Source: Vicugna vicugna
Lineage: Eukaryota
Assembly: GCA_013265495.1 (NCBI GenBank)
Contig: MU062282.1
Location: 397,823 to 461,822, forward strand
Reading direction: 5' to 3'
Length of the DNA stretch: 64,000 bases
Made by a program: the position numbers and the translations under genes
The notes under the pieces: generated by a model
Seen by the model: only the letters and a program-made list of their open reading frames with translations
Database searches by the model: none
What the model was told of the DNA's origin: nothing
Part shown: positions 1 to 11,018 of the stretch, one piece after another
Position numbering within the stretch: the first letter of the stretch is position 1
Layout: each line of letters opens with the position of its first letter

Positions 1-1039
1 GTCCCAGGCTTCCCACCAGCTCTTCCTGGGCTCAGCCATCCTCCTCCGTAGTAACTAGATGAGCAGGAGAGCCTTCTGATGTGCCATGGCCAAGGTCCAC
101 TCCAAGTGTGACTGCCAGGCGGCCTGGGCTCCAGGCCACCCCCTCCTTCGCGGTAGAAACGCAGTGATGCTTTTGATCAGGAGTGTCAAGCCCCCCAGCC
201 ATTCCTGGGCTGGGAGACCAAGACCATGACCCCTCTGGTCCTTGACAGTGGAAACTTTGGGGACCATGACCGTGAAACTCATAGAGATGGTTGGGAGCAG
301 AACTCCTGAGCTGGACAGCACAGCAGTCGCCACCCGCCCGAGCCCTGCGTTCTGAGGCCAGGCGCGCCGAGCCTTTGAGAATCGCGCACTTGGTGCTTCT
401 GGGAGCGACCAGACAGACTCCACAGCCAGGGAAAAGCATTTCAGATTTGGTTTTTAAGTTCATGCCCTTCCTTATCCGAGGTGCCAACAGGTCCATCTGA
501 CATGGGGCGTCAAAGTGGGAAGCTTAAGCATCCGGTTGTTTAAAACCTAAAAGACAGTGTTATTCCAATTGCTTGAGTTACTCAAAACCCAAAGGGTTTC
601 CTTGCCGTGTGCCGTCGGAGGGCCTCCGTGCTCACCCAGAGAGCCCCTCCCTGGGGGCCTCCTCCTCCACCCATCCCACCCTCCCCCAGAGGACAGGATT
701 CCCTTGGAAAAGTCCCAGCCCTGGTCACACGCTGCCCTTCCGGTGGAGAGCAGGTCCTTGCAGGTTTGAAGGGACCACTGTCTGCTCCCAGTGCCCTGTC
801 AGCTGTTGGCCCCGACGCACCCCACCCCGCCCAGCAAGGCAGGATGTCCTGTGGGCCATGGAGGATATAGAGAAGGGACACTTCATATATTTATTATTTA
901 TATGTTTTAGTCAATGACTAATTAGTAGGTGCTGTTTTTGCAGCTTGTCAATTATGTTATCTTACTAACTGAAGCTGCCTTTATTCACAAAAGGCCCCCC
1001 TTGCCCCGCCTTTCAGCTCCCTCCGCCCTCGTCCCCCAG

Positions 1040-1116
1040 TCCGTCGTGTCTGTCTCTTTCTGTCTCTCTCTCGCTCTGTCCGTTGCTCTGTATCTCTCTG
1101 TCTCTGTCTCTCTCTG
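1040..1116. repeat. (TC/TCTG)n pyrimidine-rich low-complexity tract
   Basis: Direct: tgtctgtctctttctgtctctctctcgctctgtc... Confidence 0.8.
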
Positions 1117-1186
1117 TCCGCCCTACATTCTGCGTGTCCTCAGTGGAAAGCAGGGGTGTTGGACACCAAGAGGAGAAGGCTTCAAC

Positions 1187-1205
1187 CAGCGCCCTCCACT
1201 GGCCG
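1187..1205 (-). promoter_or_regulatory. Candidate CTCF motif
   Basis: Minus strand reads CGGCCAGTGGAGGGCGCTG versus consensus TGGCCACCAGGGGGCGCTA; the GGGCGCT core is intact. Motif match only. Confidence 0.35.
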
Positions 1206-4200
1206 GAAGGGAGGGTGCCCTTGGGAACATTGGTGCCTCGCTTTTCCTCATGCAGGGTGTGAGCCCCACCTAGCCCTCCAGGTCTCAGGGTGCTGGAGGT
1301 CCTGAGCCATCCCCACTGCCTGCCCCCAGCACAGGGACAGGGACACAACAGGCCGACCACTTGTGGAGGGAGACAGTGCCGGCTGCAGAGCTCAGGGTCC
1401 CCGCTCCCTCCATCGCTGCCCTCCCGCTGCCGGTCTAACCATGGGCCTCTGTGGACATGACAAGAGGACGGAGGGAGAGCAGCCTCCTTCCAAGGCCTGG
1501 AGGAGAAGAGATCTGTCTTAGGAAGAGGGTGGGTGGTCAGACCCGGCCAGGTCAGCCCAGGAGTAAGCCCGGCACTTCCAGGGGCCTCATTGTGGCTTTC
1601 TCAGGAAGCCCACGTGATCTCCACGTGGTTTTACAGGCTCTGTGGGGATGGAGAGGCCCGTGACTCAGCCTCCTGCCCCCAGCCTCTGCTTCTGGCCCGG
1701 GTCCCCCTGAGCCTGTGGCAGCTGCCTGGGGAGCCCCCTTCCACCCTCCTCCCTGAGCCCTGAGGACTCTGCGTTTGCCACGGTGTCATCTGAAGTGGCT
1801 TTGGGGTCTCAGTGCTGGCACGTCCCCGTGCGTGGTGTGAGCCTGAGGGCTCCTCGCCGGCCCCCGCCCCCTGACATTGCTGACTCCTGTTCCATCCGGG
1901 AGCAAGTGGAGAAACGTCAGGGCAGGCTTTCCCGGGGATGGTCCCCTCCCCTGGCCTGGGCGTCACTTCCCCGACTCACCGCAAGGAGACTGGGAAGTGA
2001 ATAGCCATGTGGGATGTTCCTCGGTGTCCTCTGTTTTTGAAGCAGAGAATAACTCTGCAGACGCACATTTGGTTTAAAACTGGGCGGGGGGAGCCCAACA
2101 AAGCCCAGGATGATTTGAGCAGCGGTGATGTTTACCCAGGGGAAACAGTTTAACTCACATTTTTAATGTACCTGAGAATAATCTATTAGTTAGAGGCCAG
2201 TGGTCAGGCAGCCTTGAACTGTGGTTGCCTGAGGGTTTTAAAAACCCGAGAACGTGGTTTTGGAAACCTGTTACAGAAGCAGAGTGGCGGTGGGCTGAGC
2301 CCCTGACCAGGTCCCTGGGACCTCAGGGGGGCTTAGGGGCAGGGTGTGGGGGTCAGTCTGGGGAGAGAAGGGTGTGCTGAATAGGCTGCGACACTCTGTA
2401 CAACTTCCCATCCACCCCTGTGCCATCCAGGCACAAATCACGCTCGGGAGGCCACCTTCCCAAGTCCCGCTTCCCAGGCCATGTGCAAGACCGTAGGTCC
2501 CTAAGGAAGACAAGACCAGTTCCTAGGACCCTCGCGATTTAAGACGTGCACACACTTCACCCTTTTGAAAAGTCTGTTCTAATCCGATCAGGAGTCATTC
2601 TGACTTCATTTGCCATTGTTAGTTTAACTTTTAAAATGCAGTTGGAGTTTAGAAAAGGCATGCAAACCCCACCAATAAAAAGCAGATTACAGCTCCTCTG
2701 GGCTGATGCCCGGTGGGGTGGGCCGTCTGGTTCTCCAGTTTGCAGGGACAGGGAGGACCCTGGCTGGAACCTTGATCTCTTTGCCAGAAAGGCTCAGAGG
2801 AGAGGTGAGCAGTAGCTGTTAGGTGTGGGGCTAGAGCAAAGACCCCATTTACAGCCAAGTTCACAGGGGACTCAGGACACAAGCTCCCCCAGCAGCACCC
2901 AAGGATGATAGACTAGAAACAGCTCTTGGTAAAGGCCTGCCAGATTGAAGCCACACCCAGTGGCTGGGGTCACAAATACCTATGGGGTCCAGGACACTAG
3001 CACAGATGAAGGAAGCAGTTGGTAGAGGACAATAGGGAGCAGTGGGGACTGTGGTCTCCGGCGTGCTCATGACCCAGACAAAAAATGCAGCTGCTTCTCA
3101 GCTCCAGCCTGTCATTGCATATGAGAATACAGGCGCAGTGCCATGGAATCTTCTGGTAAGAGAAGCCCAAAACCCATCTTTTAGTAGGATATCTGATTTG
3201 TAAATGTTGTCAATTTTTGTTTGTTTGTCTTGTTTTGTTTTTAACAGAATATAGGCAAAGAGAAACTTCACAGTTTAGTCGATGCACTGCCAGCAACCTC
3301 TGCTCTCAGGCGAGGTGGTTTAAAAGATTAGTTGTCCTGGTGGAGGAGGGAAAAGCCGGCATTAAGAAGGGGCAAAAACAGTAACTTCTACTGAACTCAG
3401 AAGGGGAAGGAGACCTCTTACTAATCATTCCCATCTCAAAGAAACGGTCTCCCAGAGGAGAGGTGTCCCATGACAGCTGGCTTGTTCAGCTCTCCTGGTC
3501 CCGAGACAGTGTGTGTGGGAGGGAAGATGGAGGAGAATTTGGAGACCTCAGGACCTGCCCCTTAAACATAAGAAGGTCCACATCAGCCCAGTCCCCACCT
3601 TCCAGAATTCCATCGTGGCAGGAGACGACCTCCAGGACAGGGTCCAAGGGGAGGGGGTGGCGTGTCCAGCAGCCCGGCTCTCTCCAAATGCCAGGTTTTA
3701 GCAGCCATCTTGCCACGTGCCTGGAAGCATCTTCAGAAGCCGTGCTTGCGGGCTGTCCTCTTCACTTCTGCCTCACTTTCCTTACTTTGCCCATGGGTCT
3801 GCCACCGGCGCTACCTCATGTGTCTGCTGAGATGTTTACCTGGGGTGGGGTGGGGGATAAAGGTGTCCAAAATCTGCTTGAGCTGAATGTACAGTCTATG
3901 CAAATTCTCTGTCTTTCTCTCTCTCTGCCACTCTGTCTTTCCGTCTCTCTCTCAGAAATACAATTTTTTTTTTACCTTGCAAACAAGATACTGTATAGAT
4001 CCTTCTTAACACTGAGGAGGGCTTTCGTGCGCCACCTGTGTCTACCCCTCCCGTTGTCTTTGGTTCTGTTCTTGCCAAGCCCCATGCAGGGAGAAAGTGG
4101 CCCTCCCTTCCCCCTCCTCTTGGCTGGGAACCCTCCAACTGCCTCTGCCTACAGGAAAGCAAGTCTGCATTTGCCACCCCCATCCCTAACCGCATCCTCT

Positions 4201-5080
4201 CCATTGCTCATCCGCCTCTGAGTCCCTTATCCCTCCCTCCCCACCCAAATAAAGCCTTAGGTTTCTCCTTTTTTGAAATGTGGCCTTAAAATTGTTTTCG
4301 GAAAGCTGACCGCCCTCTCCCTCCCATTTCCACCAACATCCGAGAAGACAGAGCATCTTGAAGCTTTCAGGGCACCCTCCTAAGCGGGGAGCTGCGGATC
4401 TGAAGCTTGCAGATGCGACAGAAATGGCTTACACGTGTCGTCTTTAAGAAGAATACTCTTATATGTTTCCGATGGGTGAAATGAAGGCTTGGGTGCTCAT
4501 CGAAAACTCACCCGACTCCCAGGCGCTCTCCTAGAGCCCGTCGCCGCCGTCATGGGCTGGCTTCGTTACAGGCCGAGTGCTAACGTGGGCTTTCCATCCC
4601 TCCCCTCCTCCGAAGACTTGGTGACTTTCTGTACTTCCTTCAAGGGTGAATCAGGAGAGTTTCTCAATTTCTCTCTCCGTCCTTCCTAGCTGGAAAGTGA
4701 TAGCATTAAATATTCCCAGCAGATGGGCCGTGTTCTCACTCTCCCTACTCTCAGAGTCCCTCCTTTTCCCTGCCATCGCTCCAGGGCTGATGGAGGCCAA
4801 AGATAACCCCAGGGCTTTCATAGGAAATTCACTGGAATTGAGCGCAGTCGTCTTTGTCGCCCTTTCGTCTTTTTTTCTTACATTATTATGTTGTCAGTAG
4901 CGTTTGGATATTTTTTTTTTTAGAGGCCTCACAGTAAGTTATTACCGCCCCCTTCGTTGTTTTTCAGAGACACGTGGTGATATAGTTTTTAAAAATAACT
5001 ATTTTGTTATAGATCATAATATGCATAAAACTGTACAGAAATATTTTGTAATGTATTGATTTTAAAAAAGAGAATCTGTA

Positions 5081-5086
5081 AATAAA
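5081..5086 (+). terminator. Proximal polyadenylation signal AATAAA
   Basis: ctgtaAATAAAgtttt in a U-rich context, overlapping TGTAAATA (Pumilio element, 5077-5084). Confidence 0.55.
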
Positions 5087-5490
5087 GTTTTAAAAAAAAA
5101 GAGAATTCAAACGGCACACACTGAAAGATGTAGATATTTTGCTATTTATTTAAAGGAGTATTTTAAGAGATATTGAACTATCTGAAATTGACCAGTAATC
5201 AAAGTTCCCATCATCCGAATGCTTTTCCTCGCGGTAGAATGTGATTCTCGGAAACTATTGCACTACGCGCCCATTTTTGCACCTTTTCTGTCTTTTCATT
5301 TAGCAGAAAAACAACAACGAAATTGTGCCTTAGCTGTATTTTTTTGTCTAGGGGAGTCTGTTTCTGTCTGACAAAGCAAAAATTTTTGCAGAAAACAGTG
5401 GATGTATGAAATACTGTATCATACCAAAAACACTGCAGGTGTAGATACATGCTTTCTGTCATACTGTGTTTTCAGATGCAGAATTTTAAA

Positions 5491-5496
5491 ATTAAA
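5491..5496 (+). terminator. Distal polyadenylation signal ATTAAA
   Basis: ttttaaaATTAAAaaa at the end of the AU-rich block, followed by GU-rich sequence (gagtgggtgtatgg). Confidence 0.5.
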
Positions 5497-5804
5497 AAAA
5501 AAATGCCATCTTTATGGAAGAGTGGGTGTATGGCTCTTCGGTGATACCGTGCGTCTCCCCTCTGCTCGGCACTGTCCTCGTGCTGAGACCACGGGCATAA
5601 ACTGGGCCTCTCCTGGGAAACCTGATGTGTGCACACACTTCCTAATCAACCCTGCTGTCGTCTCTCTCAACCAGATTATCGCAACTCCCTCCTGTAAAAG
5701 ATGCCCCTGGTTAAGGCAGAAGTGCATGGTTTTAAATCCCTTGTTAAGTACAGGGTAGTGAGGAAGACTACCATCTCAAGTGGCAAACATTTTCTATACC
5801 CAAC

Positions 5805-6256
5805 TGGCTGGTTGTGCAGCAAACCTGTTTTCCTTTCCTCTTCACTGCACGGCTAGATTATATTTCCCACACTTCCTCACTCTTAGGTGACCAACTCCTG
5901 GCCAATGGAATGTGGGTGGAATGGATGTAAGGCACTTCTAGGGCTGGCCATAAAGCCTCCCACAAGAGCCCCCTTTCTCTCTCTCTCTCTCTCTCCCCAT
6001 TTACTAGCTCATGTGCTTTAAATCATCTTCATCTGGGGCATTCATTAACTTATCTCTTCTACTGCTCTCTTTGGAAGCCTCACACAGCCCCCAACTTAAA
6101 AGAGGGCAGAGTCACAATATGGGAGGAGCTGTGCCCCAGACGGCCACATGGACAACCACTCCTACTTGACTATGATGTGAAAAGAAAGACATGCATTGTG
6201 TTATGCCAGCAAAAACATGCCAATTACAGCGGCTAGCTTTACCTTCACTAATTCAT
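5805..6256 (+). mobile_element. MaLR solo LTR (MLT1I/J-like)
   Basis: tggccaatggaatgtgggtggaa...gcacttctagggctggccataaa and a typical 3' end (ttacagcggctagctttaccttcactaa). Confidence 0.75.
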
Positions 6257-6735
6257 CCAGAAATGGAGGCTCAGATGGTCCTCTGGGAAAGTCCAAATTT
6301 CAGCCCCTTCATTCCATAGGTAAAGATACAGAGACTCAGACGGGTGAAGCCACCGAGATATTAGCATCATATAGAACCAATAACTAGCACCAAGGTTTTC
6401 CATCCCTCAGTGAGACGGTCATGAATCAGCAGAAGGTTCTCCAACCTTCAGTTGGCATCATTACAATGGTTATAGAGAGACTCCTGAAGGCCATGGCCAA
6501 GGATTGAGAATCCCCAGGTGCTGAGTTGCAGAAATGCCTTTACTTCACCTTTCAAAATCCTAAAAGCAAAGATAAGCACTGAGACCCAGATGCGACTTTG
6601 AAGCTGGAACAAAATAGGTTGGAGAAGGTGACTCTATGGTCGGAAAGATGGGTGGACCCCAGACACATTTGCCAAAATCTTTTTTCCAGTCTGATCACTT
6701 AGCCAATCTCCCCCTTCTTGGCTCAAATGTGACCT

Positions 6736-6767
<32 letters not shown>

Positions 6768-7344
6768 GAAAAGAAAAAAGGGTTTGCTTGCAAGGGAAGA
6801 ATAAACTTCTACAGTCTCCATGGGAGGAGGATCAGTGGTCTTGTTCACCCAGTGCTCCCAGCACTTCACACAGTGAGCCCGGGGCGTGGGCGCTCAGTGA
6901 GCTTTTACTGAGCGAGCAAGTGATTGAAGCCATGTTACATTTCTCAGTTAACACATGGGCACGGGGTCGTTTGTCCAAGATGCTGTCTTTGCATCCTACA
7001 TTTGATTTATAGTATTTGGCAAAACATGGGTTATCGTAAAGTAAATGTGATTTTTTTTTTTCCCATCGATAAGGGGAAAAAGAGGCCCTCCCGGGCCTTT
7101 TTCATGAAAGGGTTGGTTGGAATTTCTTTCCCATTGATTTATTTGACCTGTCACATGTCACCTTTTGTTTAGAGAATAGTAGTGGTTGGCTTCAGTTCAT
7201 CAGATTAATGGTTTTAAGGGTTTTTTTTTTCTTTTAAGAGGACCTATTTTCACACAAAACTGTGTATTAAACTGCAGTATAAGAAACTTGGAAATTGGGA
7301 GCTGGCAGAGAATAAACTGTGGTTGCCAGAAGGAAGAGGTGTCG

Positions 7345-7615
7345 GGGCTGGGCACCCTAACTGAAGGAGATTAAGACGTACAAACCTCCAGTTATATAAT
7401 AAATGTCACGGGGGTATAATACACAGCATAAGGAACGTGGTCAATAATATTGCATTAACTTTATATGGGGACAGATGGTTATAAACTTAGGGTGAGTATC
7501 ATTTTACAATGTAAGCAAATGTCAAATCGCTATGCAGTATGCCTGAAACTAACCTAGTGTTTATATATGACTATATGTTTTGATTAACAACAATAAAATG
7601 AAATGAAATGAAAGA
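7345..7615 (+). mobile_element. L1 3' end (L1MA9-like)
   Basis: gtacaaacctccagttatataataaatgtcacggg...cctgaaactaacc followed by an (AAATG)n tail. Confidence 0.85.
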
Positions 7616-8049
7616 CATTGGGGGCTGGGAGGGCTGCTCCAGTTGAAGTGGGAGTGGAAACTGTCGAAGCAGTGTCTCCCTCCCTGGCCCCAGCCAGACC
7701 TGTTGGTGGTTCCAGAGGGTATGAAGCTTTGAAACTCTCACTGCTCATGACAACAGCTGGGCCTTTGGTGGAACTGGCTTGGGGTCTGGCTGCCAGGGTG
7801 CTGAGAGAGGAGTTCTAGGCTGGGTTTTGGAGAATGAAACCCGACCAAGAACAATTCACACCCGCCCCCAATCTGGTCTTGGAAAGTCAAAAGGATGGAA
7901 AATTAGAGTTGGAGCCAAAAGAAGGTATGGCTGGCCCGAGGTTAAGTGTTGGAGACTTGAGCTGGTGCCCCTGTATTGAGTTGGTCTCTTCTGCCGCTCT
8001 GCCCAGAAACCTCACGCCGCTCCAACCCCGATGGGAAGTACCAGGCTCA

Positions 8050-8170
8050 GAACCAGGAGACCCAGGTCCTCTCTAGCCCCGGTTCTGCCACTGATTTGCT
8101 GTGGAATCAGAGCGTGGCTCTCTCCTGTGATGGACCTCAGTCTCCTCAACCTCTAAATGGGAAAAAGGGG
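8050..8170 (+). mobile_element. MIR SINE fragment
   Basis: ggttctgccactgatttgctgtg...cctcagtctcctcaacctctaaatggg matches the MIR core. Confidence 0.65.
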
Positions 8171-8294
8171 GCTCATTGACCGACTTCAAGTTCAGACACA
8201 TAGGTGCATAGTCTAAGTCCCAACCCAGCACCCGGTACAGAGCATGTAAGGTGCCAGCTCCTTAGGAGGAAATGTTCTCAAAATATGATTTTTG

Positions 8295-8870
8295 CTGTTC
8301 ATATGTTAGTCAGATTCGTTCACTTGGAAGTAACAGCAGCCCAACTCAAAGAAGCTTAATCAGGAGGGAAGTCTCCGGGACCATGAAACTGCAGAAGACA
8401 ACAGAATTAAAGCCCAAAGGACAAGAAGGAAAACAGCTGTCGGAGACTCAGAGCAGGAACCGGAGCCTCGACACCCTTGGTCCCCTTTTTCTGCATTTCT
8501 GCTGGTCCCGTTTTGATTCTATTCTCCCCTACGGACAGCTAACACCATGTAACAGAAAAAGAAGGCCCTAGAAGTCCCCGCTTCTTGTCCCTTAAGCTGC
8601 ACAACAGAAAAATATCTATGCCCTTTGCCAAAGGAGATGGTTCCAAAGAGCAAGCTTGGGTCACATGCCCAGCCCTGGACCTATCACTGGGGCCGGGCAA
8701 ACAAGGTGCTGTGATTGGCTGAGTGGGGCTCATAGGCCCACCCCTGTGGCCAGGTGATTGGGTAGGAAACTGTGATTGGCAACCCCACCTCAATCACACG
8801 GTCAGCGTGGAAGAGAAGTATTTCCCCAAGGATGTCCTGAATGGACAAAAACAACAGCTGTCCATCCACA
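8295..8870 (-). mobile_element. MaLR solo LTR (MLT1K-like)
   Basis: tatgttagtcagattc...ggaagtaacagcagcccaactcaaa start; gggtcacatgccc and repeated ctgtgattgg boxes. Confidence 0.7.
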
Positions 8871-9549
8871 GGCCACAGCCAGCTCCGGGCTCAGGCTGCT
8901 TCTCGGCTTGCCAGTCCAATTTGTTTCTGCTCCTCAAGTGCCCGGATTGTCCCCACCCAGCTCCTAGCTATCTCCCTAAGGAGAGGGATTCTGGTCATGT
9001 CTTGAGCAAATCATGTTAAATAAACATCATATAGATGGTGCAGGTGGAGTATTCATGCTTGTGGGACAACATGATGAATTTCCCCTTTTCTCCTTGTAGC
9101 CTGGGCACAGGACTCATTAAAAAGGCCCAGGTAACTGCCCTTTGCTAATGACGGTGGATGGTTCTAACTTGCAGCAAAAAGAAGAGCCTGTGGATCTGCA
9201 AAGAGCAACATCTCTCCCACACATTTCTGTAGCATCATCCTCCCAGGATCCCAGTCTGTCCTCGGCCCCCCTCAGCAGGCACCCAGAACCGTCACGTGAG
9301 CAAAGTCCTCCGAGATGAGGAGCTGGTGTGCGGAGCTTCTAAAAGAGGAGCTGATGAGGAAAGCGGAGGTTAACCCAGTAGAAAAGCTCTGATAGCAGAT
9401 GGACTGAAGGCATCCCAGCAGACTGGGTAGGACGCGGGACAAACATGGGAAATGCTTTTCAAATCACGCTATCAAGGCTGAACTCATTCCTGCCCAGTTT
9501 CCCAGTGCCGCTGACCAATACAAGGACCCCTCCTCCAAATGTCGAGTCA

Positions 9550-9730
9550 GATAATCCTGGGTCCAAACGCTGCTTTCATTATGGATCAGATGAGTCAGGT
9601 TTGAGCCTGTCTGTAGGGAGATAATCTTTACTTCCTCATTAAGCTGTTGGGAGAATTTTAGAAAGACAGAGCATCTAAGATACAAAGTCCACCATCTACA
9701 CAGAGAAGGCGCTCAAAAAATGTCAGCCCC
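9550..9730 (+). mobile_element. MIR SINE
   Basis: cctgggtccaaac...cttcctcattaagctgttgggagaatt...ggcgctcaaaaaatgt. Confidence 0.6.
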
Positions 9731-9749
9731 CTGGCCATCTCACCCCGAA

Positions 9750-9857
9750 CGTAAAGCTCCTCAAGGGCAGGGACAACGTCTGTATTTTCAGCACACGTGA
9801 AAGGGCCTGACACATAAAACAGTGGGCCGGTGTTTGATGAATGAATGAATGAATGAG
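9750..9857 (+). mobile_element. L2 3' end
   Basis: gtaaagctcctcaagggcagggac...(TGAA)n tail. Confidence 0.75.
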
Positions 9858-10159
9858 CAAGACAGTTACTACTTCCATCATTTCTTCAGGGGCATTCCAT
9901 TTTGTCTGGTCACAAGAATTTTTCTAATTTGAGACTTGATGTCTCCCTTATGATTTTATTCATGACAAGGTGGTACCACTTTGACTTCTGAGATTCAAGT
10001 GAGATTTTTCTCAAAGGCCCTGAATCGAGGGAAATACAGCACAGCCCCCAACCTCTCGAGATTCTTGGGGAGCCTTAAGTTCACCGATAACCTAAGTTCC
10101 ACTGCCACTGGATTGGTTCATTTTACACACCATTCCTCTATCCTGCAGGTTCTTTTTCT

Positions 10160-11018
10160 GGTTCTAGGGACATCTGCTGTAAGCACCTTGGTCATAAACA
10201 TCTTTTCCACAAACATTTTTGCCTCTTAACTAATTGGCCATAAGGCAATTTGGCCGTAAAAGAGAAAATAACCAGTTGACAGTTTGGTTTCAAGTGGCTG
10301 ACAGTTTAGTTTCATTTCTCCTTGGACAGAGGAGTCCCATTTTTATATTCCATCCATCCTAGCCCTGATGATGGTCTGTACCAGCGTGAGGAGTAGACAT
10401 CGTGGTCTTAAAATGGAGATGATAACAACTACGTGTATGGACTGGAAAGAAGATACTGTGATAAGAATCACTGAAAGTGTGAAATAAGAGAAAAGAAGCC
10501 AGATTGCGTACTGTACCAGGAAATGCTAACAGAGCAGTTTGCAAACCCCTCATTTCCCACAGAACTTTGGGACATCTAGCAATGGACATGTGACAGTCTG
10601 CCAAGAATAAACAGCTTTCCTGATGCTTAACAAAGCTCAGGTACAAATAAGCATCCTAGTATTTGGAAGCTGATGCCTCTTTTATTGAAGAATTTTATTG
10701 AAAAAAGAAAAAGTGTGATGCCAAATGAGGAGACGAATCAACAAGCCAAAAAAAAGGTATAAAATACCATGAAAGAAAGACTTGGAAGACAAGTGTTTAG
10801 GTACAATGCACAAAATAAAATCAATTATCTGCACAGTATTGCCATGAATCTGCACACATTTCAAATGTACTCAAGTATTTTGTATTTTGCAGTGGAATCT
10901 TTTTAATTTTTTGCTCATTTTTCATGTTTCATTATGTCCTTTTTGATATCCCTTTTTATTTTTCCTTCCTACAGTCAGTTATGCAGCAAAAATGTTTGTG
11001 GCAAAAATACCAGACACA
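10160..11018 (+). mobile_element. MULE-MuDR (Ricksha-like) DNA transposon fossil with FLYWCH zinc-finger remnant
   Basis: Inverted arms (ttttccacaaacatttttgc at 10203-10222, gcaaaaatgtttgtggcaaaa at 10986-11006), subterminal ttggcc(a/g)taa-type repeats, flanking 8-bp direct repeat ctttttct (10152-10159, 11019-11026), and a decayed frame DDNNYVY...KNH*KCEIR..ARLRT...H...H. Confidence 0.6.

Larger units (their letters stand above)
1..5510 (+). other. Distal part of a long 3' UTR (terminal exon) of an unidentified gene
   Basis: About 5.5 kb with no recognisable transposon and no credible ORF. GC-rich body with AU-rich blocks, ending in an AU-rich tail with AATAAA/ATTAAA, a Pumilio element and several + strand miRNA seed matches. 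Old repeats start right after ~5,800. Confidence 0.7.

Noticed and set aside
1-51. Frame 1 reads VPGFPPALPGLSHPPP* and could be a protein C-terminus
   Set aside because: I do not recognise it, and all three frames stop within 63 nt. It is equally compatible with UTR, so no CDS or gene name is assigned.
3463-4221. 252-aa ORF
   Set aside because: Non-ATG start, crosses low-complexity TC and T tracts, no domain similarity, and lies in a UTR-like region.
4924-4933. Apparent 10-nt micro-exon (T11-AG | AGGCCTCACA | GTAAGT)
   Set aside because: The next acceptor is only 34 nt downstream, too short for an intron, and there is no coding context. Probably chance in U-rich sequence.
7077-7103. GC hairpin followed by a T-run, like a bacterial intrinsic terminator
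   Set aside because: Mammalian DNA; short hairpins of this kind arise by chance.
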